From the NCBI GenBank assembly GCA_015234045.1, contig JADFWU010000013.1, positions 253 to 64,252 of the forward strand: 64,000 bases of DNA, written 5' to 3'. Position numbers and translations under genes: made by a program. This document shows, one piece after another, positions 8,480 to 19,178 of this stretch. A model generated the notes under the pieces. It did not search any database, was not told where the DNA came from, and worked only from the letters and a program-made list of their open reading frames with translations. Origin of the DNA: Magnetococcales bacterium. Its GTDB lineage: Bacteria; Pseudomonadota; Magnetococcia; Magnetococcales; JADFWU01. The stretch's first letter is position 1; every line of letters starts with the position of its first letter.

Positions 8480-11400
8480 GTGCTCAAGATGCTTAATGCA
8501 TTTATTTTATTAATAATTTTACTATCTTTCCCAGTCCAATCTGCACAACAGACAGAAGCATCCTCAACTACGGAAACAAGCAACACCCAATCGCACATCC
8601 AACTTTCGGATGACGAGCGAGCCTACCTTGAACGCAAGGGTCCAATCAAAATGTGTACGGACCCAGATTGGATGCCATTTGAACATATTAATGCACAAGG
8701 CAAACATGAAGGAATGGCTGCGGACCTGCTCAAACTGATGCAGCAACGTGGCCCCATACGTATTCAGTTGGTCAAAACCAGGAATTGGCCCGAGAGTATT
8801 CTTTTCGCAAAAAATCGGCACTGTGACATCTTGTCATTGGCTATGGCAACCGAAAAACGAAAAGAGTATATGGATTTCACCACACCCTATTTGGATTTTC
8901 CTTTTGTCATTGCAACGCGCACTGAAGAGTTGTTCATTGATCGTATTGAAACAGTGTTCGACAAACCATTGGCCTTGGTCAAAGACTATGCGTACCTGGA
9001 GATACTTCGAGCACGCCATCCTGATGCCAATCTGATTGAAGTTAAAAATCTGAAACAAGGTCTTGAGTTTGTGCGAGATCATAAGGCATATGGCTATATC
9101 GATGCGTTGGCTAGTATCGCCTACACCATTCAACAAGAAGGAATGGTTGAAATAAAAATTGCCGGCAAGTTTGATGACTCTTGGGATCTGGGCGTAGCAA
9201 CCCGAAGTGATGAACCTATTCTCCACGACATATTTCAAAAGCTGGTTGATACCGTCACATCACCGGAAAAACAAGAGGTATACAGCAATTGGTTTTCAGT
9301 TCGATATGAAAAAGGAACTGATTACAATCTGATTGTAAGAATTGTTATTGTGATGTTACTGATCCTCGTTATCGGTATATTGTGGGCACGTAAAATATCA
9401 TCAATGAACAAAGTGTTGCAAGAAGCCAAAGCCGCTGCTTTGGAAGCATCGTTAGCAAAATCAGCTTTTTTAGCCAATATGAGCCATGAAATTCGCACCC
9501 CAATGAACGCTATCATTGGTATGAGCCATCTCTGTTTGGGGACAGAGATGCAGCCGAAACAAAGAGACTATATCGAAAAGGTTTACCATTCCGCCGAATC
9601 ACTGCTTGGAATCATCAACGATATTTTGGACTTTTCCAAAATTGAAGCAGGACAACTGGAGATGGAATCCATCCCTTTTCATCTTGATGAGGTGTTGAGC
9701 AGTCTTTCCACTGTGATTGCTGCCAAAACACAGGAAAAGGGGGTCGATTTGGTGTTCGATGTCCAACCTGATATTCCCAAAAAACTGATGGGGGATCCAC
9801 TTCGCTTAGGACAGATATTTCTCAATTTGGCAGGCAATGCCCTAAAATTCACAGAGTCCGGGGAAATTATCATTCGTGCTGAAATGTTGGCGAATGATGA
9901 AAAGGGCGTAAAACTCCAAGTGACAGTGCAAGATACCGGCATCGGCATGACGCAAGAGCAATGCAACAAGCTGTTTCAACCTTTCTCTCAAGCAGACAGT
10001 TCCACAACACGGAAGTATGGTGGAACCGGGTTGGGACTCACTATCAGTAAAAAACTGGTGGAAAAAATGGAGGGAATGATCTGGGTTGAAAGTGAGACTG
10101 GCCGAGGAACCGCTTTCATTTTTACCGCTCACTTCGGACATGTAAGCGATTCAGAACTGTCGTCCCACTATCGATTACCAGACGATCTTTACAAACTTAA
10201 AGTGCTTGTTGTGAATGATAAGCCAAGCACTCGCCATGCATTGTCTTCGACTCTCTCCTTTCATTCATTCCGGGTGACATGTGCCAACGGAGTAGAAGAA
10301 GCCGTTGAAATGCTGGAAAGTGCGGCCAAAGCTGATCCATTCAAACTTGTTCTGATGGATTGTCTGATGTTTGAAATGGATGGCGTATCGGTTCTTCAGC
10401 GCATCAAGGATCACCCCTCTCTTTCCAAAGTGCCCATCATCGTTATGGCGACGGTCTCTGGAAAGGAAAAGGCGGTACATCAAAAGGAAAACAGCGCGTT
10501 AAATGGTGTCCTCATTAAACCGGCAACCCCTTCTGATATTTTGGATGTCGTGGTGGATGCTTTGGGACCACAAGAGACTCACCAAAAAAAGGAAAACAGG
10601 CATGAGTCTTGGAAAATCAATGTAGTAGACGCAATTGCTGGTGCTCGTATCCTGGTTGTTGAAGACAATGCCATTAATCAACAATTAGCAGATGAGTTAT
10701 TGAGTCAGGCTGGAGTGAAAGTTGCTATCGCCAGCAATGGCCGGATCGCTGTTGAGAAAGCGACAAACGAATCCTTTGATGCTGTTTTGATGGACCTGCA
10801 AATGCCAGAGATGGATGGTTTTGCCGCCACCAGAATGCTGCGAGCAAACTCAAACCTCAAAAACCTTCCCATTATCGCCATAACAGCCAATGCCATGGCC
10901 AGCGATCGGAAGAAATGTTTGGATGCAGGCATGAACGATTATGTGGCCAAGCCAATTAATCCAGAACAACTGTTTTCATGTCTCGTTAAATGGATTCCAG
11001 AACGAAAGAGTATCGAAACCTCTCCTTTAATAGAAAAACCAAAACAGACGAACACGCCTGTTGATCTTCCTACAGACCTTCCTGGTATTGATGTTGAGAT
11101 TTGTTTACGCAGAGTTGGTGGCAATCCTGAGACAATGCGCAAACTATTGACCCGATTCCATGCGGACCATGCAGATGATGTCAGGAATATTCGTAATTGT
11201 ATACAGGTTGGCACTCTGGATAAAGCCCGTCTTCTCGCCCACACGCTGAAAGGTATTTCTGGGACTATTGGTGCCATGACACTCCATGAGAGTGCTAAGG
11301 CATTTGATCTTTCTCTGAAGGGAGACGCCCCGGATAAGGATGAGCAGAGCGCCATGTTAAACGAGATGGAACAACAGCTGGATTTCGTAATTGACGGACT

Positions 11401-11689
11401 GGGGAACGCGTTTTCAAATCAATCAGATACAACAGAAACAGATAGGACGGATGACATTGATAAAGAGGATATTATTGGCATTATTGATACGCTGGAAATG
11501 CTTATTGAAGACATGGACCCCGATGCCGAAGAGCAGGTTGCACTGTTGCATGCCAAATGTACTAGTCGTTCCGAACAGGCGCTTGTTTCTGGTTTGAAAG
11601 CGTATGTTGAAAATGCAGAATTTGATGAAGCAGCAGAGGTGCTCGACCAATTAAGGACGGCACTGAGGACAATGGAGGGGAACTCATGA
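8480..11689 (+). CDS. Hybrid sensor histidine kinase (periplasmic SBP_bac_3-like domain, TM, HisKA, HATPase_c, 2x REC, HPt)
   Basis: H-box [11 protein letters not shown]; N/G boxes [10 protein letters not shown]...DTGIGM...GGTGLGL; receiver aspartates in [13 protein letters not shown] and [13 protein letters not shown]; C-terminal HPt AHTLKGISG. Start is uncertain: GTG 8480 has GGAGGA 6 nt upstream, ATG 8489 begins the signal-like peptide [12 protein letters not shown], and the track start is 8417. Confidence 0.9.
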   Translation: MLKMLNAFILLIILLSFPVQSAQQTEASSTTETSNTQSHIQLSDDERAYLERKGPIKMCTDPDWMPFEHINAQGKHEGMAADLLKLMQQRGPIRIQLVKTRNWPESILFAKNRHCDILSLAMATEKRKEYMDFTTPYLDFPFVIATRTEELFIDRIETVFDKPLALVKDYAYLEILRARHPDANLIEVKNLKQGLEFVRDHKAYGYIDALASIAYTIQQEGMVEIKIAGKFDDSWDLGVATRSDEPILHDIFQKLVDTVTSPEKQEVYSNWFSVRYEKGTDYNLIVRIVIVMLLILVIGILWARKISSMNKVLQEAKAAALEASLAKSAFLANMSHEIRTPMNAIIGMSHLCLGTEMQPKQRDYIEKVYHSAESLLGIINDILDFSKIEAGQLEMESIPFHLDEVLSSLSTVIAAKTQEKGVDLVFDVQPDIPKKLMGDPLRLGQIFLNLAGNALKFTESGEIIIRAEMLANDEKGVKLQVTVQDTGIGMTQEQCNKLFQPFSQADSSTTRKYGGTGLGLTISKKLVEKMEGMIWVESETGRGTAFIFTAHFGHVSDSELSSHYRLPDDLYKLKVLVVNDKPSTRHALSSTLSFHSFRVTCANGVEEAVEMLESAAKADPFKLVLMDCLMFEMDGVSVLQRIKDHPSLSKVPIIVMATVSGKEKAVHQKENSALNGVLIKPATPSDILDVVVDALGPQETHQKKENRHESWKINVVDAIAGARILVVEDNAINQQLADELLSQAGVKVAIASNGRIAVEKATNESFDAVLMDLQMPEMDGFAATRMLRANSNLKNLPIIAITANAMASDRKKCLDAGMNDYVAKPINPEQLFSCLVKWIPERKSIETSPLIEKPKQTNTPVDLPTDLPGIDVEICLRRVGGNPETMRKLLTRFHADHADDVRNIRNCIQVGTLDKARLLAHTLKGISGTIGAMTLHESAKAFDLSLKGDAPDKDEQSAMLNEMEQQLDFVIDGLGNAFSNQSDTTETDRTDDIDKEDIIGIIDTLEMLIEDMDPDAEEQVALLHAKCTSRSEQALVSGLKAYVENAEFDEAAEVLDQLRTALRTMEGNS

Positions 11690-12624
11690 GTGAAGGCATG
11701 CGAATACTTGTTGTGGATGACGAAAAAATAAACCGTGATTTATTAAATGATCTTCTCAGGGATCAGTACAAAATCATGGTTGCCAAGGATGGTTTACAAG
11801 CTGTGAAGGCGGCTACCCGAGAACAAAGACGGCCCGATCTGATTTTACTGGACATCATGATGCCGGAAATGAATGGCTATGAAGTGTGCCAAAAAATAAA
11901 AAATGAAGATGTCTCCAAAGACATTCCCATTATCTTTGTTACGGCAAAGAATGATGTGGACGATGAAGCGAAAGGATTTGAATTGGGCGCGGTGGACTAT
12001 ATCGCTAAACCGATTTCACCACCCATTGTTCGGGCCAGAGTTAAAACCCATTTAAAATTGAAACGCAAAACTGATTTGTTGGAAAAAATGGTCTCTCTGG
12101 ACGGTTTAACTGAAATCCCGAACCGGCGCGCACTTGATGAATTTTTGGCAAAAGAGTGGCGTCGATCACAAAGATTAAAGTCTCCTCTATCGGTGGTCAT
12201 GATGGATGTGGACAAATTTAAACCATACAATGATAACTACGGTCACGGCGCAGGAGATGACTGCTTGAAAAAAGTGGCTAGAGCTTTAATGACTAGCACT
12301 AAACGACCTTCAGACTTGGTGGCCCGTTATGGCGGGGAAGAGTTTTGTGCTGTGTTGCCCAATACAGATCTTGATGGTGCTATAAGCGTTGCGGAAGCAT
12401 TTAGAGCGACAATTTCCGACTTACAGATTCCTCATGCCTTTTCCGGCATTCTTCCGCATGTGACTATCAGCGTTGGGGTCGCCGTCATGGTGCCCAATGA
12501 ATGGTCAAGCAGCAAGACACTTCAAGAGGCGGCTGATGGTCAACTCTATGAAGCCAAAACGAGTGGCCGAAATCAGGTTCGAGGAAAAACACTTCAAGAT
12601 TGTGGGAATGAGTCGCACACATAG
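11686..12624 (+). CDS. Response regulator-diguanylate cyclase (REC-GGDEF)
   Basis: REC domain with [19 protein letters not shown] domain with an intact GGEEF and an RxxD I-site (RPSD) 5 aa upstream. ATGA overlap with the kinase stop. The stop codon TAG (12622-12624) lies inside the terminus of MITE copy 2. Confidence 0.92.
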   Translation: MSEGMRILVVDDEKINRDLLNDLLRDQYKIMVAKDGLQAVKAATREQRRPDLILLDIMMPEMNGYEVCQKIKNEDVSKDIPIIFVTAKNDVDDEAKGFELGAVDYIAKPISPPIVRARVKTHLKLKRKTDLLEKMVSLDGLTEIPNRRALDEFLAKEWRRSQRLKSPLSVVMMDVDKFKPYNDNYGHGAGDDCLKKVARALMTSTKRPSDLVARYGGEEFCAVLPNTDLDGAISVAEAFRATISDLQIPHAFSGILPHVTISVGVAVMVPNEWSSSKTLQEAADGQLYEAKTSGRNQVRGKTLQDCGNESHT

Positions 12625-12779
12625 TCATTTCGATCCAAAATTTGACAATAAATCACTACCTGAGTGGAAACCCTGGTGATGTTTTTGCGCCGCTTTTGAT
12701 ATGCGAAGCAGATCATCAAAGCAAACATATCTCCAGGGCTGGAACAGCTGACTGTTCAAGTTTTAGACAAGACCACTAT
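12621..12779 (+). repeat. MITE-like interspersed element, copy 2 (159 bp)
   Basis: Almost identical to copy 1. Wedged between convergent genes: it overlaps the REC-GGDEF stop and ends 9 nt from the stop of the minus-strand lipoprotein ORF. Confidence 0.85.
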
Positions 12780-12788
12780 GACAAACCA

Positions 12789-13397
12789 TCAAGAATCGCC
12801 TTCATCAACCGGATCACCAAGCACTTCCTTTTGAACAGGATGAAAACGGCTTTGGCGCAATCCTTCCTGCACCTGTTGAAGCAACATCATCTGTTTGCGA
12901 AACAGCTTGGCTTTCACGCGACTCTGTTCACGAGCAACACGAATGCGTTCGCGGAATTCTGTCATGATCTGCCGCCGCATGACACGCAAATCTCCACCCT
13001 GTTTCTGAACAGACGGAATCAGCGCTGAGATCGCTTCATGACGCTGGCGAAGCAGGTCATGATAGTGTACACGTGCTTGATGAAACGCCTGCCGGACCAC
13101 ATCGGTCTGCGCCTCAAAGTGGGCAACCTTACCTCTCCAATACAACTCAGGCATGGCCTGTCTTTGGATTTTATCCCAAACACCATCCTCTTTGAATATC
13201 ACCGGATCTAACGTACTCTCATCAACAGGCGATGTGCATGCGGAAAGCAGAAGTAACAACAAAAGCGGAAAAAAGACGAAAAGATGACGTGCTTCGCTAA
13301 TAAAAACAACAGAAGCACGCTGTTTTGACAGGCCGACCAGAGCAGTCGGCACACAGGAGAAATGAAATTCAGGCCGTCGCACTGACACGCGACGCAT
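12789..13397 (-). CDS. Putative lipoprotein with helical, Arg/Gln-rich C-terminal part
   Basis: Hydrophobic stretch plus lipobox-like FFPLLLLLLLSAC. Start taken at the MRRVSV ATG (13397); the longer track ORF would overlap the upstream regulator by >100 nt. No family recognised. Confidence 0.45.
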   Translation of the reverse strand: MRRVSVRRPEFHFSCVPTALVGLSKQRASVVFISEARHLFVFFPLLLLLLLSACTSPVDESTLDPVIFKEDGVWDKIQRQAMPELYWRGKVAHFEAQTDVVRQAFHQARVHYHDLLRQRHEAISALIPSVQKQGGDLRVMRRQIMTEFRERIRVAREQSRVKAKLFRKQMMLLQQVQEGLRQSRFHPVQKEVLGDPVDEGDS

Positions 13398-14736
13398 ATT
13401 CGTTGAGCTTATTACGCAAAGTACGGATGGATATTCCCAACATCTCAGCCGCACGGGTACGATTACCATCCACTTCATTGAGGGTATGACGAATCAATAT
13501 CTCCTCCATCTCCCGAACAGTGGTTCCCAACGGCATTTGAATCTGATCCACACCTGTGCCACCCGCATCTATCAAAGTAGACGGTGCAGCACCCGCTGGT
13601 GCCGGATCAATCATCAAATCTTCTGGGGTGATCGCCTTACTCTCTGCCATAAGCAGCGCCCGTTGAACAACATTCTCCAACTCACGGACATTACCAGGCC
13701 AAGGTGCGGCTTCCAAAGCGGCCAAGGCCTGATTGGAAAAGGGAATATCGTTACGACCAAACTCTTTGGTAAAACGCCTGCGAAAATGCTCGGCCAGTAG
13801 AATGACATCTTTTGTACGCACACGCAGCGGTGGCAATTGGACGGGAAACACATTCAAACGGTAGAACAGATCTTCCCTGAAATGCCCTTCCTCAGCATAG
13901 GATTTCAACTCTCGGTTGGTAGAAGCGATCACCCGGACATCCACCTGAACGGGTTTACGACCACCCACAGGATCTACCTCACCTTCCTGAAGCACGCGCA
14001 GAAGCTTTGCTTGAAGCTTCAGACTCATTTCAGAGATTTCATCCAGAAAGATCGTGCCGCCGTTGGCTTGTAGAAATTTACCTTTTCGATCACCGGTCGC
14101 ACCGGTAAACGCCCCTTTAATGTGACCGAACAATTCTGATTCTAAAAGATTTTCTGGCAACGCAGCACAGTTTAGCGCAACAAAGGACTTTTCAGCACGA
14201 TCAGAGACTTGGTGGATATAGCGCGCAATCAACTCTTTACCGGTTCCACTCTCACCCTGAACAAGCACCGTTGCACGAGATTGCGCCACCCGACGAACCT
14301 GGGTAAGCAACTTCAACATCTTCGGATCACCGGTGATCAAATGGCGACCGCGCCCCAATTCAGGATCAATGGTGGCAGAGACATAGTTGTTCACCAAGCC
14401 TTTGACAATTTCCGAGTCAATGGGCAACAGGATATAATCACTGGCACCTTGGGCAATGGCCTCACTGGCTTCATGAACACTGCCACGCTCCGCAGCGACC
14501 AATACCGGCAAGCCTCGGTACAGAAAGGCTAACTCCCGCACAAGATCAAACGGCTCCGGCATGGTATCCACCGAAATGATCACCAATCCGGGCAATCCGT
14601 CCGACAACCTCTTTTTGGCAGCATCAACAGTGTCGATAATGACGACATCCTTCCCGGTGGTCTTGAATTGACCGGCCAGGGTGGAAAAAGCCTTATTGGC
14701 ACTGCCTATGAGTAATATTTCGCTCTGCTGAGTCAT
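13369..14736 (-). CDS. Sigma-54-dependent response regulator (NtrC family: REC - AAA+ - Fis-type HTH)
   Basis: 455 aa. Walker [15 protein letters not shown] loop (GHIKGAFTGA), ESELFGH, and C-terminal HTH AAEMLGISIRTLRNKL. Confidence 0.92.
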   Translation of the reverse strand: MTQQSEILLIGSANKAFSTLAGQFKTTGKDVVIIDTVDAAKKRLSDGLPGLVIISVDTMPEPFDLVRELAFLYRGLPVLVAAERGSVHEASEAIAQGASDYILLPIDSEIVKGLVNNYVSATIDPELGRGRHLITGDPKMLKLLTQVRRVAQSRATVLVQGESGTGKELIARYIHQVSDRAEKSFVALNCAALPENLLESELFGHIKGAFTGATGDRKGKFLQANGGTIFLDEISEMSLKLQAKLLRVLQEGEVDPVGGRKPVQVDVRVIASTNRELKSYAEEGHFREDLFYRLNVFPVQLPPLRVRTKDVILLAEHFRRRFTKEFGRNDIPFSNQALAALEAAPWPGNVRELENVVQRALLMAESKAITPEDLMIDPAPAGAAPSTLIDAGGTGVDQIQMPLGTTVREMEEILIRHTLNEVDGNRTRAAEMLGISIRTLRNKLNEYASRVSATA

Positions 14737-14825
14737 AGTCTCTATTTATATTCCAACAATTTGAGAGCCGACACGCTAAGGGCCAACAATCCGGGGAGAG
14801 CCAATAATCCGGGCATATGCCCACT

Positions 14826-17711
14826 CTACTGGATCATATCCTGAACCAACTTCATATGTTCTGCATTTTCAGCGGACGCATTCGCCCAAGGAGAATTCGG
14901 CGTTATTTCAGAGGCTGCGCGAAAATGATCTTCAGCACCAACCAAATCTCCCTTACGTTGCAGGATATCGCCTATTCGGATATTGGCCAATGTTTGAATT
15001 TCTTTATCCGTAGCTTTTTCAGCTATCTCCTGAAAAATCGGCAGGGCTTTATCATCCCCTTTCCACTGATGCATCAGGACAGCATAGTCGTAGTAATCCT
15101 TCCCCTCTTCCACATCACGATTATAGAGCAACATCTCCATACTACTCACCGCTTGAGGAAAACGTCCGCGCTTGGCTTCCGCCTGTGCCAACAATCGTAG
15201 GCGAATCGCATTTTGGGCGGGACTCATTTTTTCAGTTGGCAACTCATCCAGCAGATTGATAACGTTGATCCAATCCTCTTTAACCGTCAGACGACGCGCC
15301 TCATCCAAACGGATTCGCGCCTCAGCGGCAGAAGTTTTCAGATTTGTTTCCAACGCCAAGCGCCCACCAATACGACGATTTTCTTCCAAACTGTTTGCCA
15401 GTTTCAACATCGCTTCCGCAGGGCGCTCTTCCAACCCTTCCAGAGCCGGAATACTCGCAGAATACATACCCAATCGCATCAACGCTTCAGCCAGCGTCAC
15501 CCGTGCATCGCCATACCCTTCCCAAGAACGCCAATCTTCACCGAACCGTTCAGCAATGGAAATCGCTTTTTCCGGGCTATCCACAGCCAAGGCATCTTTC
15601 ATACCCGCAACCATGTATTTATGCTTGAACTGGTTGGTGCGTTCCACAGTGGCCGGACGAGAGTTGATCAACAACAACTCATTCAACCGATCCATGGCCT
15701 TATGGTAGAAGCCATCGTCACCGAGAAGCTGTGCAGCTGTCAGATTGGCCTCAATCAACGCTTCGGAAAGGGACTCATCCTTGATAATTTCATCAAGAAC
15801 CTTCAGACGCTCTTCAGTGGGTTCATCCGTCTGCAACTGCACACGAAACACCCGCGCCCAAATAGCGGCATCAGACTCCGGGAACTCCAAAAAAAGCCGT
15901 TCCAACAGATTCTTTGCACGATCAGTCTCGCCTAGATAACGCTCTGACTCCGCAGCACGCAAAATCGCCCAAGGTGCCAATTCATCGTGGGTATTGTAGT
16001 AGTCCAGGAAGCGGATATAGTGGCGCAATGCGTTTTGATAATCGCCCTGTTTATAGTAGATATCCGCCAAATCCAACTGCCGTTTCGGACTATTGGAAAG
16101 CAGTGCCAAATGGTTTTCCGGCATATTGTTAAGAATTTTGACCGCTTCTTCGAGATCGCACGGATGTTTCCAGCGGCCCCAGGTGATGGTCGGTGCCGAA
16201 CTTTGCGGACCGCAAGCACGGCGGATCTCCATTTCAGCCCAGAGATAACTCGCCTCTGCGCTGGGCAGACCATCCCGCTCATCCAGTTCACTCACCTCTT
16301 TCAAGTGAGTGACCACCTTTTTAAACTGCTGCTCCGGGTCCAACACATCCGCCAAGCCCAGTGCTGTTTTTGCCCGCTCCAATGCGACTTGCGGATTGTC
16401 CTTGGGCAGATTGGGATCAGTGAGAATAGCAGAGGCATCTTCATACCGATGCGCTTCATTCAACAGTTGTAGCTGAAACAGACGGAAATCGGTGTAACGG
16501 TAGTTATTGGGATAGCGTGCCAATCCCGCCGTCAACTCATCCAGCATCCAGCCGGTATTTACGTCCATCTGTCGGGCCAGATCAATCTTATACAACTCAA
16601 CCACTTCCCGATTGATCGTATAGGGAAACACCTCAAGCAGACTATCCAGGATGGCGCGTGCTTTTCTATAGCGCCTATCCTGCTCGGCTTTTTTGGCATT
16701 GGCCCAGAAAAACCCTTCATCCACTTCCTGACCACTCAGGCTGATGGGCTCCTCATTCATGATAAAAACCGGTGTCAGGCGATTGAGCGGCAACGGATGA
16801 CCGGCTTGAAGACTGCGTTTGCGATATTCGATAATATTTTCCGCCTCTTCCTGGCGGCCAATACTGTTCTTACCCCGCAATTCGACAATAAAGGTGCCCG
16901 CTTCAGGACTGCGATAGAAGTACACCTCCTGCACTTGAGAATGGATACCCAACTCCATTTCGACCCGTCCATCGGGAAAGGCATAAGCCAAAAGGTGGGC
17001 AGCCATACCCTTGGGCGTGATCTTCTCTGCAAGGCCAGCCGGTTTAACCGGACGCCAGCCCGGATCTAACGAAGCACCCGGCCAGGTCAGACGAACCACA
17101 CGGGCACCGAAATCCACCACAGCACCCATTCCAGGCTGTGGTGCATCCTTGCCTTTTTTATCCATTCGCTGGTCCAGACCATCCACCCAACCGTTACCGG
17201 TATAGGAAATTACAACCAGCGTGGCATCTCGTCCAGCCATGGCACGACCTTCCAACAACATGGTCGGCCCTTGTGCAGAAGGCTCAGGATACCGCTCAAT
17301 TTCCAAACGATATAGACGGCTCTGATTTTTGGTTTTCAAATGGGCCGGACGGTCATTTTTAACAAGATGACCTCGGAAATTAAGATAAGGCTCTTTCAGG
17401 GCGATGGTGAGGTGCAATCCCATCTGTGCGCCTGGGATCTCCTCCATCTTGAAACCACGAATAAATCGCGTACGATCAGGATTAAAATCTTCAAAGGGCA
17501 GCGCAAGCAGACCAGGAATCGTAACGCGCAACACAGTCGGACGAATCAGGGTCAGGCGCGGAGTCTCAAACCCTGGTGGCACGTGGAAGGAGAGCACCTC
17601 ACGGCGGCCCTGCTCTTCGGAGCCATACTCCAGGGAGGTGAAAAACGCCAAAGCATTTGAACTGCTGGCAAGGAAGAGAAGTACCGCCAACAGAATGTGT
17701 CGCAGGAACAT
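14826..17711 (-). CDS. Secreted/periplasmic TPR-repeat protein (~960 aa)
   Basis: Signal peptide MFLRHILLAVLLFLASSSNALA (ATG 17711; the track start 17753 is upstream). A beta-rich N-terminal third is followed by a long TPR-like helical region. Lies between two sigma-54 activator genes. Confidence 0.75.
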   Translation of the reverse strand: MFLRHILLAVLLFLASSSNALAFFTSLEYGSEEQGRREVLSFHVPPGFETPRLTLIRPTVLRVTIPGLLALPFEDFNPDRTRFIRGFKMEEIPGAQMGLHLTIALKEPYLNFRGHLVKNDRPAHLKTKNQSRLYRLEIERYPEPSAQGPTMLLEGRAMAGRDATLVVISYTGNGWVDGLDQRMDKKGKDAPQPGMGAVVDFGARVVRLTWPGASLDPGWRPVKPAGLAEKITPKGMAAHLLAYAFPDGRVEMELGIHSQVQEVYFYRSPEAGTFIVELRGKNSIGRQEEAENIIEYRKRSLQAGHPLPLNRLTPVFIMNEEPISLSGQEVDEGFFWANAKKAEQDRRYRKARAILDSLLEVFPYTINREVVELYKIDLARQMDVNTGWMLDELTAGLARYPNNYRYTDFRLFQLQLLNEAHRYEDASAILTDPNLPKDNPQVALERAKTALGLADVLDPEQQFKKVVTHLKEVSELDERDGLPSAEASYLWAEMEIRRACGPQSSAPTITWGRWKHPCDLEEAVKILNNMPENHLALLSNSPKRQLDLADIYYKQGDYQNALRHYIRFLDYYNTHDELAPWAILRAAESERYLGETDRAKNLLERLFLEFPESDAAIWARVFRVQLQTDEPTEERLKVLDEIIKDESLSEALIEANLTAAQLLGDDGFYHKAMDRLNELLLINSRPATVERTNQFKHKYMVAGMKDALAVDSPEKAISIAERFGEDWRSWEGYGDARVTLAEALMRLGMYSASIPALEGLEERPAEAMLKLANSLEENRRIGGRLALETNLKTSAAEARIRLDEARRLTVKEDWINVINLLDELPTEKMSPAQNAIRLRLLAQAEAKRGRFPQAVSSMEMLLYNRDVEEGKDYYDYAVLMHQWKGDDKALPIFQEIAEKATDKEIQTLANIRIGDILQRKGDLVGAEDHFRAASEITPNSPWANASAENAEHMKLVQDMIQ

Positions 17712-17805
17712 CTCACCCCTCCGTGTGTCTCTGTCTGCGCCAAAGTATTTCACAGCCGTTTAAGAATAGCACAGAATGATCTTCAATTCTCCAACAGCCG
17801 TGCTA

Positions 17806-17821
17806 TGCTTTTCGCTGTCCA
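17806..17821 (-). promoter_or_regulatory. Candidate sigma-54 (-24/-12) promoter for the TPR gene
   Basis: The minus strand reads TGGACAGCGAAAAGCA. GG and GC are separated by exactly 10 nt, as in consensus TGGCAC-N5-TTGCA. It lies 55-95 nt upstream of the candidate starts. The -12 TT is replaced by AA. Confidence 0.3.
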
Positions 17822-17892
17822 TTGAGGTAGAACCGCACTGAGTATACGCCCCACCTCAACAGAAAATATGTGTGACAATCCTGGAACAAGGT

Positions 17893-18891
17893 TTACCGTT
17901 TTGAACGGAACTGATCCAGCCCTTTTTTCTTGATCTTTTCAACCAGAGTGGTCCGATTAAGTTTCAACAACTGTGCCGCTTTATTCTTGTTCCAGTTAGT
18001 CCGATCAAGCGCGTTGAGAATCAGACGATTCTCAAACTCTTCCACATCCTTGTTAAAATCTGAGGAATCGACATTCTGATTCTTAACGGCAAATGCGGAA
18101 GCCGGAATCAGGTGATCACCGGGCGCGGTATGATTCTTATTATCCAGAATCTTGGGCGGCAGATCCTCAACCACCACTTCCTCATCGGCGAGGATGGTCA
18201 AACGTTCGGTGAGATTTTCAAGCTCACGCACGTTACCAGGCCATTTATAGCGGCTGAAAATTTTCATAATTTCCACACCAACTTGAATGGGATCGCGCTC
18301 CTGGGTTTTAGCATATTTTGCAATAAAATGATCAACCAACAGAGACAGATCACGCCCTCTGTCCCGCAATGGCGGTGCAATCAGAGGCACGACGTTGAGG
18401 CGGTAGAACAAGTCTTCACGAAACCGTCCTTCTTCCACCTCGGTTTCAAGATTTTTATGGGTTGCCGCGATGACACGCACGTCCACCTTGAATGATTTTA
18501 CCGAACCAACCGGTTCAATCACCCGTTCTTGCAGTACACGCAACATCTTCACTTGCAGTTTTGGACTCATATCACCAATCTCGTCCAGAAACAGCGTACC
18601 ACCGTTGGCCAGTTCAAACCGTCCGGGCCGCGTACTGGCCGCACCGGTAAAAGCACCGCGCACATGTCCGAACAGTTCCGACTCCAGAAGGTCTTCAGGA
18701 ATCGCGCCACAGTTCACAGGAATGAGCGGCTTATCCTTCCGTGGTGAAGCCTGGTGTATTGCACGGGCGATCAGCTCTTTACCTGTTCCACTTTCGCCAT
18801 GTACCAGCACAGTGGAAGGGGTAGCGGCTACCCGCTTGATCATCTTGAAGAGTTTCTGCATACAGGCAGATTCGCCAATAATACCGTACAC
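17893..18891 (-). CDS. Sigma-54 enhancer-binding protein lacking an N-terminal regulatory domain (PspF-like: AAA+ plus HTH only)
   Basis: 332 aa. Walker [15 protein letters not shown] ([10 protein letters not shown]), C-terminal [24 protein letters not shown] start preceded by GAGGGAG. An in-frame TGA 57 nt upstream of the GTG start, with no start codon in between, rules out a longer N-terminus. Confidence 0.88.
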   Translation of the reverse strand: MYGIIGESACMQKLFKMIKRVAATPSTVLVHGESGTGKELIARAIHQASPRKDKPLIPVNCGAIPEDLLESELFGHVRGAFTGAASTRPGRFELANGGTLFLDEIGDMSPKLQVKMLRVLQERVIEPVGSVKSFKVDVRVIAATHKNLETEVEEGRFREDLFYRLNVVPLIAPPLRDRGRDLSLLVDHFIAKYAKTQERDPIQVGVEIMKIFSRYKWPGNVRELENLTERLTILADEEVVVEDLPPKILDNKNHTAPGDHLIPASAFAVKNQNVDSSDFNKDVEEFENRLILNALDRTNWNKNKAAQLLKLNRTTLVEKIKKKGLDQFRSKR

Positions 18892-19178
18892 GCGTTCTTC
18901 TCCCTCAGCTACAGCGGGGTAATATCCTAGTTTATAAAGAGGTTTTTTTCAATTTTGTCGAGGGAATATCAGAGTTTGATTCCGTCAAAAAACCAACACA
19001 AGATTACGGCAATTCCCTATGGATATGCAATGCGTTCATATCCAATTTTTCTGGAAAGCGAGCTTGGTTACTGAATCTCAAGGAAAAAAAATTTATCGTC
19101 GCTTCCCAGAGATCCTTTGGACACAATAATTGAATTGTTCAAACCGCCCCTTTTGCTGCACCGAGGAGTTTACATCAT

